From: a virus | Taxonomy: Duplodnaviria > Caudoviricetes | Strand: one strand, 5' to 3' | Virus record (IMG/VR): IMGVR_UViG_3300019288_000050 | Span: 3,150-67,149 of that record | Length of the DNA stretch: 64,000 nucleotides | Part shown: in pieces, positions 8,534 to 17,284 of the stretch | Layout: each line of letters starts with the position of its first letter | Numbering within the stretch: position 1 is the stretch's first letter | Translations under genes and position numbers: made by a program | Notes under the pieces: generated by a model | The model's database searches: none | Told to the model about the DNA's origin: nothing | Seen by the model: the letters and a program-made list of their open reading frames with translations, nothing else

Positions 8534-9457
8534 TCAGAATCCCGAAAAATACTCTTTTGCCTCTTGGGGTAGCTCTCGGATGCCGCAGCAGATGTATTTG
8601 GCTGTCATATCCGCGCTACTGTGACCCAAAAAGCGAGAGATTGTGTATAAATCCAAGCCTTTCAGGTATAGATTGGACGCACACGAGCGGCGGGCGGTAT
8701 GGCTCGACACATATTCCCATTTTTCACCCTCGCACTCCTTGCCCGCCTTGAACACCTTGACCTTATCCGTTATCCCGCATTTCTTGCAGATATTGCGTAT
8801 AATGCGGTTGTACGTTGTATCATCAATTGACACGTCCGTGCGGTTGAGTATATACTCCCGGACGATTGGTTTCAGCGGCACAATAGCCTGAATTTTCGTT
8901 TTTACAGACACATATTGCAGACTGTCGCCGTTGATGTTGCTTTCATTAAGTCTTACGGCGTCAGAGTGGCGCATGCCACAGAAAGCGCAGGTCACAAACA
9001 TATTGCGCACATAGCGCTCTCTTTCGTTTTTAGGAGTGTAGTCTATCAGTTTTTGCAGTTCCGACTCTGAAAGAAAAACAGCAGTAGATGTGACTTTCTT
9101 TGGCGTTAACACTTTTGCGTAGCCTCTTGGCAATAACACCTCATCGGCATACAGATTAAGCACCGATTTCAGCTTTGCGGCGTATTGGTTCACGCTGTTA
9201 GGCGACAGACGCTCGCCCATATAATCAATAAACTTTTGCAACCGCACCTTTGTCAGATTCTCCCATGTGGCATCACAAAGGTTTGCAGCCTCGAACATGT
9301 TAAGAATGTTCATATATGCCGGATATTTTTGGCTGAATGCCTCTTTTAGCGTGGTGGGCTGTGGGCTGGTCGGCTGTCCCTCCGTTGACCGAGATGCTTG
9401 TATGTGCGTAGGCTGTATTTGTCTGCCTCGGCTGAATAGCCGGTTAAAGATATTCAT
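8534..9457 (-). CDS. Tyrosine recombinase (phage integrase family)
   Basis: CGMRHSD (catalytic R), KTKI, SSHTARRS (HxxR), LGHSS...TAKY (H/Y). Confidence 0.9.
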   Translation of the reverse strand: MNIFNRLFSRGRQIQPTHIQASRSTEGQPTSPQPTTLKEAFSQKYPAYMNILNMFEAANLCDATWENLTKVRLQKFIDYMGERLSPNSVNQYAAKLKSVLNLYADEVLLPRGYAKVLTPKKVTSTAVFLSESELQKLIDYTPKNERERYVRNMFVTCAFCGMRHSDAVRLNESNINGDSLQYVSVKTKIQAIVPLKPIVREYILNRTDVSIDDTTYNRIIRNICKKCGITDKVKVFKAGKECEGEKWEYVSSHTARRSCASNLYLKGLDLYTISRFLGHSSADMTAKYICCGIRELPQEAKEYFSGF

Positions 9458-9463
9458 ATTTGT

Positions 9464-9616
9464 TTACTTTGAAAGTTTGTTTTGAATCCAGCTTACCAGA
9501 GCGAACACGGCGATACCGACAGGCAGAGCCACGCAGAAGAAGAATGTCAGGAAGCCGGGGCAGGCGCAAATGACGATGAAGATAATGAGGATTGCCCAAA
9601 GGATTATACCAATCAT
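9464..9616 (-). CDS. Small membrane protein (50 aa)
   Basis: MIGIILWAILIIFIVICACPGFLTFFFCVALPVGIAVFALVSW, two hydrophobic segments. Confidence 0.5.
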   Translation of the reverse strand: MIGIILWAILIIFIVICACPGFLTFFFCVALPVGIAVFALVSWIQNKLSK

Positions 9617-9696
9617 AATTTTGAAATGTTTAATTTTACTTTGTTCCCGGCGGCGGTGTCGCTCCGCTGTGGTTCTCCCTCGCCGGGATGGGTGGT

Positions 9697-9894
9697 TTAT
9701 AATGCGATTTCGATGATGTCTAATATGTTGTCCGTCCTCATGCTGTTTACTGAGAGTTGCGCGTATTTTACGCCGTTCTCTTTCATCCATCGTTTTGCAC
9801 GGTTGATGGCTGTTTGCTTGCTGCTGCCATCGGGTATTAACGCACCTAAATCGTCGTAACTCTCATTGAGGAGTTGAAAATAATATCGTTTCAT
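9697..9894 (-). CDS. Hypothetical protein
   Basis: 65 aa ORF in the leftward cluster. Confidence 0.6.
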   Translation of the reverse strand: MKRYYFQLLNESYDDLGALIPDGSSKQTAINRAKRWMKENGVKYAQLSVNSMRTDNILDIIEIAL

Positions 9895-9924
9895 CTTTCC
9901 TACTGTTTAAGCGTTGACAAATAA

Positions 9925-10044
9925 TTACATTGGTATTCCGGCATAATAGCACATCCACATAAATGCAATTACGATGTGCCAGAAGAGAAGCCCGGCGGCA
10001 AGCATGCCGATAATAGCCGCCGTGGCTTTTAGGGTGTGTTTCAT
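9925..10044 (-). CDS. Small membrane peptide (39 aa)
   Basis: MKHTLKATAAIIGMLAAGLLFWHIVIAFMWMCYYAGIPM; start overlaps the stop of the upstream gene. Confidence 0.5.
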   Translation of the reverse strand: MKHTLKATAAIIGMLAAGLLFWHIVIAFMWMCYYAGIPM

Positions 10045-10772
10045 TTGTAAGCCGCCATTTGGTTGTTATATTCGTCTTCCGCGTCAGAGATATACGACCA
10101 AGCCAAATAATTTGCAGCCTCTTTGCGTTCGGTGGCTTTCACTCTGGTGTTATCCTCCATCCATCCGGCGCAATACATTTCGGCGAGTGAGTTGGCAATT
10201 ATTGTACGCATTGCGGCGGATTGCGCAAGCCGTTTGCGGTCGGGCTTAATTCCGCGCTTAATCTTGTTGACAAGCGACAAGATAAGCGGCTGGACATGGC
10301 GGCGGTATATGTTGCCATCATTTTCGGCTGTCAGCACGATGTTAGTTGCAGTGTGTGACAGTTCCGAAAATTCGGGGGCGTTGATTTCGTTTGCGTTCAT
10401 GGTGGAAGGGGTGTTATCGGGGTTTGTGGGTTCGGGTTGTTCAGCCTCTTTGCGCTGTCTGCTGATGTATTCAGCGAGGAAAGCGGCGGCGCAAATCATG
10501 TCGATTTTACGGAGTTTGCGAGACACAAGAGCGGCGGCGCGTTCTGTCAGTTCGTTTGCGGCCTCTTCTGCTGTCATACCTTTGTTGATACCTCTAATAT
10601 AGGGATTTGAGAAATTGCCGGATTGCAGGGCGATAGCCTTTGCGCCCTCTGTCAGTGCTGCAAAGGTGTGGAGCATTGCGGGGTCGCTGTCTTCTGCCAT
10701 TGCAGACATTACGCGGTTATAGGTGTGCTTTGCCATGCCTTTGAGGTTTGAGGGGGTGTTATTTGCTTTCAT
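10041..10772 (-). CDS. Hypothetical protein (two helical domains)
   Basis: 243 aa with a Pro/Asn linker. Confidence 0.6.
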   Translation of the reverse strand: MKANNTPSNLKGMAKHTYNRVMSAMAEDSDPAMLHTFAALTEGAKAIALQSGNFSNPYIRGINKGMTAEEAANELTERAAALVSRKLRKIDMICAAAFLAEYISRQRKEAEQPEPTNPDNTPSTMNANEINAPEFSELSHTATNIVLTAENDGNIYRRHVQPLILSLVNKIKRGIKPDRKRLAQSAAMRTIIANSLAEMYCAGWMEDNTRVKATERKEAANYLAWSYISDAEDEYNNQMAAYK

Positions 10773-10846
10773 CGTGATGGGGTTTTGTGGGTGGGTGTTT
10801 GAGATTGTTTGCCCGGTCTGGTCGGATAGCGCAACCGTGGGAGGCG

Positions 10847-11083
10847 TTAAGCCTTTCCGATAAAGGCGTTAAATGTGCCTTCAAACTGAGTAAATCCAGC
10901 GTCTTTTATCTTCTTAAACTCGGAGTGAGTAACGTGGTAGGTGTAGAGTCCAAACATACCGGGCGTGTCTTTGCGTCCTTGGCTGGAGGTAACGAGATGT
11001 GCAAGCGATACGAATGCGTTCACCTCGATTTTGTTACGCCCTTTGTAGCTCTTTTCGGCGTAAATGATATTATACGTTTTCAT
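10847..11083 (-). CDS. Hypothetical protein
   Basis: First gene after the minus-strand promoter TACCTTTG at 11192-11199. Confidence 0.6.
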   Translation of the reverse strand: MKTYNIIYAEKSYKGRNKIEVNAFVSLAHLVTSSQGRKDTPGMFGLYTYHVTHSEFKKIKDAGFTQFEGTFNAFIGKA

Positions 11084-11435
11084 AATTGGGAATCTTAATT
11101 TATCTTTGTGGTACTTAATTTATCTTTGCCCCGGTCAAGTCTGTGAAGATGAACGGCCGGGGCTTTTCGTTTACCGTTCATTTCTGTATTACAAAGGTAC
11201 GGAAAATTTACGACATACCAAATATTTAAGCGGTTTATTTTCAATTACTTAAACCCAATAATTAACCTTTTCGACGCACCCAAATAAATCACACCGTATC
11301 ACTTAAATACAGCCCCGCCACACCACGCAAACACACCATTTGCCAAAATCCCCCGAAATGACTATCTTTGCAACAGAGAGCCTCAGAGCACCCGAAACAA
11401 GCATTACCAATAAAGTTAAAAAGAGTTAACATAAT

Positions 11436-12005
11436 ATGCAGTTTAGCAAGAGAGTTTCGGAGCTTTCCCGCCTGTATGGCATCGAGCCGAAAGACGTACT
11501 TTTCGCCATGCTCGCAACATGTCCCGGCGTGTCAACCGTGGAAGCCTTTGCAGTGATCTACAAACCAACCTCCACAACCAACAACGCAATATCAACCCGA
11601 GCAAGTCAATACATCGGACAACGCCCCGGACTTCGCAAGCTCATCGACGAGCTAAACGCACAGCAGTTCGACAACCCAGAGCAACCCACGCCGAGGAGAG
11701 GAAGACCACGCAAAGACCCACCGACAGACAGCCCTACTGAGCAGGATACGCCACGGCTGGACTATACCGATAAGGATGCAGTGTTACAGGAGCTGGCGAG
11801 GATTGCGGAACGCAGTGAAAAAGAATCCGATAAATTGGCGGCAATCCGTGAAATTAGCGCGCTCCAGAGAATGAAGCAGGAGGCAGCAGTGGAGGACGAA
11901 AAGCGGGTAACGTTTTGGATACCCTTAAACTACGAACGTGCCGAGGAACTAAGGCAATATTTAGCCCGATACTATGCCGAAAAAGACGGAAACACAGAGA
12001 GTTAG
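11436..12005 (+). CDS. Probable terminase small subunit
   Basis: N-terminal HTH-like region, then DKDAVLQELARIAE...DKLAAIREI helices typical of TerS; promoter TATCTTTG 11363-11370. Confidence 0.55.
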   Translation: MQFSKRVSELSRLYGIEPKDVLFAMLATCPGVSTVEAFAVIYKPTSTTNNAISTRASQYIGQRPGLRKLIDELNAQQFDNPEQPTPRRGRPRKDPPTDSPTEQDTPRLDYTDKDAVLQELARIAERSEKESDKLAAIREISALQRMKQEAAVEDEKRVTFWIPLNYERAEELRQYLARYYAEKDGNTES

Positions 12006-12306
12006 CCGCCTATTCTCCTGCCTTATTCGTATAATACGGCATTATCCACCGTTTAGCCGGTGCCAGGAGGGGAGGCGGGGCACCCCCTTTGAGGTCTGAA
12101 AATTTTGGCATGTCACCCCCTCTCGAAATTTTTATTTTAAAATTTTTCATTTTTCAGATTTGGCTGTCCTGTCATCGGGTCAGCCATTGATTTTATGTTA
12201 TACAACATATTTGTCAATCAGAGCCTTGCGGTTTCATTCGAAGCAGAGAAAACGGTTGTTGGAACTACTTGATTTGCAGACCAAACTTCTGATTTCCGAT
12301 AAAATG

Positions 12307-12561
12307 TGTAGGGTTTTAAGAGTAAATGTTGGAAAAAATTGAAGTTTGTGTAGATTTAACTACTTGATATATTGTTCATTGAATATTTTGTGGAACATAT
12401 GTAGGTATATTTTGTACACATAGAAGAAAATAGACATATATAAAGAGGCATATAAATAGAGAATATCGGCTGAAAACTTTTCGACCCCTTGATGCTCCAC
12501 ACCCTACACAGCATATGATTAACAACGAGTTAACTCTACATTTTATCCTTATTTAGCTACA
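12307..12561. repeat. Inverted array of TGTAG/CTACA motifs in AT-rich non-coding DNA (candidate origin)
   Basis: TGTAG at 12307, 12349, 12400; CTACA at 12504, 12536, 12557. Confidence 0.4.
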
Positions 12562-12826
12562 TAGACCATGCAGGGAGGCAGATAGGGGTAAAATAGGTTT
12601 CCACCACAACATCAGTATGTTGGGTGTGTTTTCGGGGGAAACGTGAGGGGTTGGTAAATATGTGTTTTTGAGTGTTTGGAGCATGGTTTTATATCCTATC
12701 GGGTTATTGCGGGCGCAGTTTCTCGCCATCCCTTATGCTGCCGGAGGTAGTAAAAACAAGTGCGATTTATGTTTATTTTCTCTAATTTATTTGCATTGTA
12801 TTAGAAAATAACTACCTTTGCGATGT

Positions 12827-12900
12827 GAAACGGACACACCGAGCCAGCTACTCGGTGGAAGGGCGAGCTGATGGCCTTTGTCCGTTTCTCTTTTCACTTT
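12827..12900 (+). ncRNA. Three-way-junction RNA with complementary loops (leader or sRNA)
   Basis: P1 12827-36/12879-88 (10 bp), P2 12837-43/12851-57 (7 bp), P3 12859-64/12873-78; loop CAGCT pairs with loop AGCTG; begins just after TACCTTTG (12813-12820) and ends in a T-rich tract. Confidence 0.6.
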
Positions 12901-12927
12901 TTCATCAGCGTAACTATAACATCAGCA

Positions 12928-13614
12928 ATGACAATAAAAACAAGCAATCAGATTCGGCTAATTCATGGTGACTGCATGGACTATATGCGGTCGTTGCCCG
13001 ACAATGCCTTTGATTTGGCTATTGTTGACCCGCCTTATGGAATTGGTGTCGATAAAGACATGAGGCGAAAAGCTAATACAAAAGCCGGGAAAAGTCTTGC
13101 AAAAAGAGCTGATTATCATTCCTCAGATTGGGACAAATGCGCCCCATCTGAAGTTTATTTTACAGAGTTAAGGCGTGTCAGTCTCAATCAAATTGTGTGG
13201 GGTGCGAACCACTTTATATCCCGACTTCCGTTTGATAGCTCTTGCTGGATTGTATGGGATAAAGACAACGGTGCCAATGATTTTGCGGACTGCGAATTGG
13301 CTTGGACCTCATTCAGAAAGGCTGTGCGCAAATTCAAGTGGCGTTGGCACGGAATGTTGCAGGAAGATATGAAGCACAAAGAAGTGCGCATACATCCCAC
13401 ACAGAAACCTGTTGCACTCTACAAATGGCTATTGGAGCGATATGCCAAAGAGGGTGATAAAATACTTGACACGCACCTCGGAAGCGGCAGTTCGGCAATA
13501 GCGGCTTACGACCTCGGATTCGAGTTTACGGGCATAGAGATTGACGACAAGTATTATGTCGATGCTCTCAGGCGTTTTGAATCTCATAAAATTCAACAAA
13601 AACTATACTTCTGA
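12928..13614 (+). CDS. DNA adenine methyltransferase (beta class)
   Basis: DPPY, HPTQKP, LDTHLGSGS; likely start MTIKT. Confidence 0.92.
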   Translation: MTIKTSNQIRLIHGDCMDYMRSLPDNAFDLAIVDPPYGIGVDKDMRRKANTKAGKSLAKRADYHSSDWDKCAPSEVYFTELRRVSLNQIVWGANHFISRLPFDSSCWIVWDKDNGANDFADCELAWTSFRKAVRKFKWRWHGMLQEDMKHKEVRIHPTQKPVALYKWLLERYAKEGDKILDTHLGSGSSAIAAYDLGFEFTGIEIDDKYYVDALRRFESHKIQQKLYF

Positions 13615-13616
13615 TT

Positions 13617-14096
13617 ATGTTTACACATCCTTGTTATATACAACGTAACACAAATCAACTTCGTTCGGAATTAGAACGGCTGAATTATCAGCTGTTTGCA
13701 AGTTATGATGCTGACGCAGACTGCATATATTGTTTTGACGGGTATTATTGGCCAAAGCATCTTTCTGACTGCATAAAGAGTGCAGTGTCCGTTAAAAGAG
13801 ACCTTGGAATTAATGTCGTGTTTTGCGGTGACAATAAAGATGCTTTCTTGTCTATTGCCGCGCTTTGCGATGACAGAGATATTTATCAAAAGTTTGTGAT
13901 AGAAGAAGACGGAGAGTATTATCCCGACTATGAACGCACCTCGGATTCTTACCCGGTATATTTCTCACAGGGGGATATGGTAGACTTTGATGACGCTGCC
14001 TTGGTACATTGCAGGCATCACAAGGCATCAGCTATGGAAATCATAGAATACTATGGTTTGGATAAAATTCAACCCACTGACCCCTCCAACCCTTAA
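13617..14096 (+). CDS. Hypothetical protein
   Basis: 159 aa in operon. Confidence 0.6.
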   Translation: MFTHPCYIQRNTNQLRSELERLNYQLFASYDADADCIYCFDGYYWPKHLSDCIKSAVSVKRDLGINVVFCGDNKDAFLSIAALCDDRDIYQKFVIEEDGEYYPDYERTSDSYPVYFSQGDMVDFDDAALVHCRHHKASAMEIIEYYGLDKIQPTDPSNP

Positions 14097-14107
14097 ACAT
14101 CAGCGAT

Positions 14108-14950
14108 ATGACAGAGGCATTACAGAAAAAGGTTGACTTCGCTATCAAGTTGCTCCGCTCGATACCGCAGGACAATGGGCCGATTGAGGTCTCATATTCC
14201 GGCGGTAAGGACTCTGACGTGATACTGGAGCTTGCGAAGATGGCAGGTATTCCGTATCGGGCTATCTACAAGAATACTACTTGCGATCCGCCAGGCACAA
14301 TAAAGCATTGCAAAGAAAATGGCGTTGAGGTGTTCGCTCCGACAATCAACTTCTTCGACTTGGTGAAGAAGGCCGGGATGCCAACTCGGTTTCGCCGTAT
14401 ATGCTGTTCTTATCTAAAAGAGTATAAAGTTCTCGACCGTGCAATTCAAGGCATACGCAGACACAAAAGCGTCAAAAGAAAAAAGCGATATAAAGAGCCG
14501 GAAGTGTGCCGTAGTTATCCGAAAGGGCAAAAGGCACGAATATATCTGCCTATACTTGAATGGACTGACGAAGATGTAGCACAGTTCATTGCTGAGCGCG
14601 GTATTAAATGCCATCCGCTCTACTATGACGAGCAAGGTAATTTCCACGTTGAGCGCAGATTGGGCTGCATAGGCTGTCCGCTTAGGAGCGATATTGGCAA
14701 ATCCGACTTTGTGAAATACCCGAAGTTTCTGAAAAGGCTAATTGCGTCTACTCAGATTTTCATTGACACGCACCCAGCTACCAAAACGGCAAAAGATTAT
14801 GGCAACGCATACAACCGAGTCTTTCGAGCCTTATTTTGCAACTCAACAGAACAATACAAATCGTTGACAACAGGCGGCATGTTCCCCGAAACCGCCATTG
14901 ACACCAAGAAATTTTTAGAGGATTACTTCAAAATAGACCTTACTATATGA
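14108..14950 (+). CDS. PAPS reductase family protein
   Basis: SYSGGKDS PP-loop, GIRRHKS, PILEWT, RLGCIGCP. Confidence 0.88.
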   Translation: MTEALQKKVDFAIKLLRSIPQDNGPIEVSYSGGKDSDVILELAKMAGIPYRAIYKNTTCDPPGTIKHCKENGVEVFAPTINFFDLVKKAGMPTRFRRICCSYLKEYKVLDRAIQGIRRHKSVKRKKRYKEPEVCRSYPKGQKARIYLPILEWTDEDVAQFIAERGIKCHPLYYDEQGNFHVERRLGCIGCPLRSDIGKSDFVKYPKFLKRLIASTQIFIDTHPATKTAKDYGNAYNRVFRALFCNSTEQYKSLTTGGMFPETAIDTKKFLEDYFKIDLTI

Positions 14951-15291
14951 CAACCGAAGAAAAAGCAAAGGCGTATGCCGAGAAAGCATATTATCCTGCA
15001 CCCGAATATGGGTGGTATGAGAGCGACCATGAAGCAATGACGGATGTGTTAGAGCAAGCCTACCTCACCGGAGCCACCGAAGCCCTCACCTCGCAGTGGA
15101 AAGACCCGGAGGTGGAGCTTCCGGAGGATGATAGACAGGTGCTTGTTGAGACCGATTGTGAGGATAAGGAGCTACGCCATGCAATCTCCTATTTCCTTGC
15201 AGGAGCATGGCATTTCCCGGATGATTGGTATTATGACTGCCGAGTGTTGAAATGGATGTCAATCCCGCCGCTGAAAGGAGGTGACGCATGA
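14947..15291 (+). CDS. DUF551-like protein
   Basis: WKDPEVELPEDDRQVLV...KWMSIP. Confidence 0.6.
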   Translation: MTTEEKAKAYAEKAYYPAPEYGWYESDHEAMTDVLEQAYLTGATEALTSQWKDPEVELPEDDRQVLVETDCEDKELRHAISYFLAGAWHFPDDWYYDCRVLKWMSIPPLKGGDA

Positions 15292-15641
15292 AAGCAATAC
15301 GAAAATCAGACGGCAAGGTGATTGAGGTAGAGCCTCAAAGATTTATGGAGCAGGACGGCTCGATGTATGCGCCCTCCGACCTTGACTTCAACGTGGAGGG
15401 AGCTGAGCAGACTGAGAGTGCCGTGACAAGCGGATGGGTGGCGAGAGACGAAGACGGCTTTATCAGTCTTTTCAACGACAAGCCGACAAGGGACTATTGC
15501 GACAAGAACGATATTCCTTACGGATTTTGGGATGAAGCCAACGGACATCATCTTGAACTTCCGATAACATCTTTCCCCTCCCTCACATGGCAATCCGACC
15601 CTCTGGAAGTAACCATCACCATTAAACCGAAGAAGCAATGA
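15288..15641 (+). CDS. Hypothetical protein
   Basis: Coupled ORF; WVARDEDG motif common in phage hypotheticals. Confidence 0.6.
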   Translation: MKAIRKSDGKVIEVEPQRFMEQDGSMYAPSDLDFNVEGAEQTESAVTSGWVARDEDGFISLFNDKPTRDYCDKNDIPYGFWDEANGHHLELPITSFPSLTWQSDPLEVTITIKPKKQ

Positions 15642-16000
15642 AAGCATATCGCAAATGGCTGGAATCATGTAAACAGGTAAATCTCCCTGCCATTACCACC
15701 GATACAGCGGCACGACTTATGGCTGTGCTGTATGAGTATGGCAACAACGAGGGGTTTACCTACAATCAGAAGTTTCTTGCCGACAAGGAGTATATCCAAG
15801 ACAAGTTCGGACTGCGTGAAATGAATACTCCTGAGCCTCATTTCCATGCGTTGCTGAAAGCATACATCAAAGAGTTGCAGGATTATCAAAAGGAACACAG
15901 AAACGACACGACAGACAAACAGCATCCACATAGGTCAATGGCTCCAGACTGGGCGCCGCAATTACTGAAAGAGCGTTATAACATGAAATTTATAGGATAA
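15638..16000 (+). CDS. Hypothetical protein
   Basis: Coupled ORF. Confidence 0.55.
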   Translation: MKAYRKWLESCKQVNLPAITTDTAARLMAVLYEYGNNEGFTYNQKFLADKEYIQDKFGLREMNTPEPHFHALLKAYIKELQDYQKEHRNDTTDKQHPHRSMAPDWAPQLLKERYNMKFIG

Positions 16001-16001
16001 C

Positions 16002-16868
16002 ATGATTTACGGATATTTAAGAGTCAGTTCAGACGAGCAGGATGTCAACTCCCAAAAGCAGGGTGTTGAACAGTTCGCTAAAGATAAGGGCTGGAGTATT
16101 GACAAATACATTACAGACGAGGGCGTGAGCGGCGGCAAAGACCCCGACAAACGTAACCTTGGACCGCTCCTAAAACTTGTCAATAAGGAAGATGTTATCA
16201 TCTGTTCCGAGATAAGCCGCCTTGGTCGCGACCTTTACATGGTGATGGATATACTTCATTTCTGCATGGAGCGAGGGTGTATCATTCACACGGTCAAAGA
16301 CCGCTTTACTCTTGGCGACGATATTCAGAGTAAGGTTCTTGCGTTTGCTTTTGGATTGTCAGCAGAGATAGAGCGTCAGATGATACGCCAACGCACGAAA
16401 GAGGGCTTACGGCTCAGAGTAAAGCAGGGTATATTATTGGGTAGACCTCCAATGACTCAACTCTCTGAGCCTATTACCGACCTATCCGAGAAGAAAAATC
16501 AGGTGATAGAGCAATTCAATTGGGGTGTACCAGAACGCAGACTCGCTCTGAATTTTGGAGTTGACCGCAATACAATAGCACGATGGCTACACCGATGGGG
16601 CGTTAAACACTCCAAATATATAGAGAAACTTGACAAAGGTCAGAATGAGAAGCCGACATCATATAAAGATGGAAATTTTGAGGTTGTAGAGAATATTGAC
16701 AAGGAGAAGCTCCGTCAACTGATAGAGTGTGATTTGACTATCCCTCAGATTGCCGAGCAGTTTGCCGAATACTCCTACGACCAGATATACGATACAATTT
16801 ACTGCGATAAAAAGCTTAATCCTTTGTATCGCAAGCATGGACAACTTAAAATCAAGAAGACAATATGA
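16002..16868 (+). CDS. Mpi-like serine recombinase/DNA invertase with extended C-terminal HTH region
   Basis: YGYLRVSS catalytic Ser, SEISRLGR, LGDDIQSKVLAFAFGLSAEIER. Confidence 0.88.
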   Translation: MIYGYLRVSSDEQDVNSQKQGVEQFAKDKGWSIDKYITDEGVSGGKDPDKRNLGPLLKLVNKEDVIICSEISRLGRDLYMVMDILHFCMERGCIIHTVKDRFTLGDDIQSKVLAFAFGLSAEIERQMIRQRTKEGLRLRVKQGILLGRPPMTQLSEPITDLSEKKNQVIEQFNWGVPERRLALNFGVDRNTIARWLHRWGVKHSKYIEKLDKGQNEKPTSYKDGNFEVVENIDKEKLRQLIECDLTIPQIAEQFAEYSYDQIYDTIYCDKKLNPLYRKHGQLKIKKTI

Positions 16869-17098
16869 AACACCTTACAACCATCCTCGCCGCCGTCCTC
16901 TGCGCCGTGTGCCTGAGCGGATGCGAGGGACAAAAGACACAAGAGCAGATTGATACTTATATGGAGTCGCATATAACCGAGTTCAATTATAAAGGGCATA
17001 AGTTTCTACTCTACAAACAAATGTATGCGAAAGGCGGCGTAGGCGGCATCACCCACGACCCCGACTGCCCCTGCCATAAGGAAGGAGGTGAGGAATGA
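16865..17098 (+). CDS. Small lipoprotein
   Basis: Signal peptide with lipobox LSGC. Confidence 0.6.
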   Translation: MKHLTTILAAVLCAVCLSGCEGQKTQEQIDTYMESHITEFNYKGHKFLLYKQMYAKGGVGGITHDPDCPCHKEGGEE

Positions 17099-17283
17099 GC
17101 AAGCCGTTGACAAAATATGACTGCCCCTTCTACATTTCAAGAGGCGGTCATTGTGAAAAGACTCGATTCAGCATCCAAGGCTACATGAGTCAAATTTATG
17201 GTTGCAACCACGCAAAGGATATATCCAAGTGCATGTGGGTGAAAAAACTAAGAGAAGAAAGTCCATTTTTTAATGACAAATGA
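17095..17283 (+). CDS. Cys-rich hypothetical protein
   Basis: Coupled 62 aa ORF. Confidence 0.45.
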   Translation: MSKPLTKYDCPFYISRGGHCEKTRFSIQGYMSQIYGCNHAKDISKCMWVKKLREESPFFNDK

Positions 17284-17284
17284 T

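Noticed and set aside
8534-9457. attP/att core near the tyrosine recombinase
   Set aside because: No duplicated core or host junction is identifiable by eye.
12827-12890. Purine riboswitch
   Set aside because: Topology is similar but the conserved junction nucleotides are absent.
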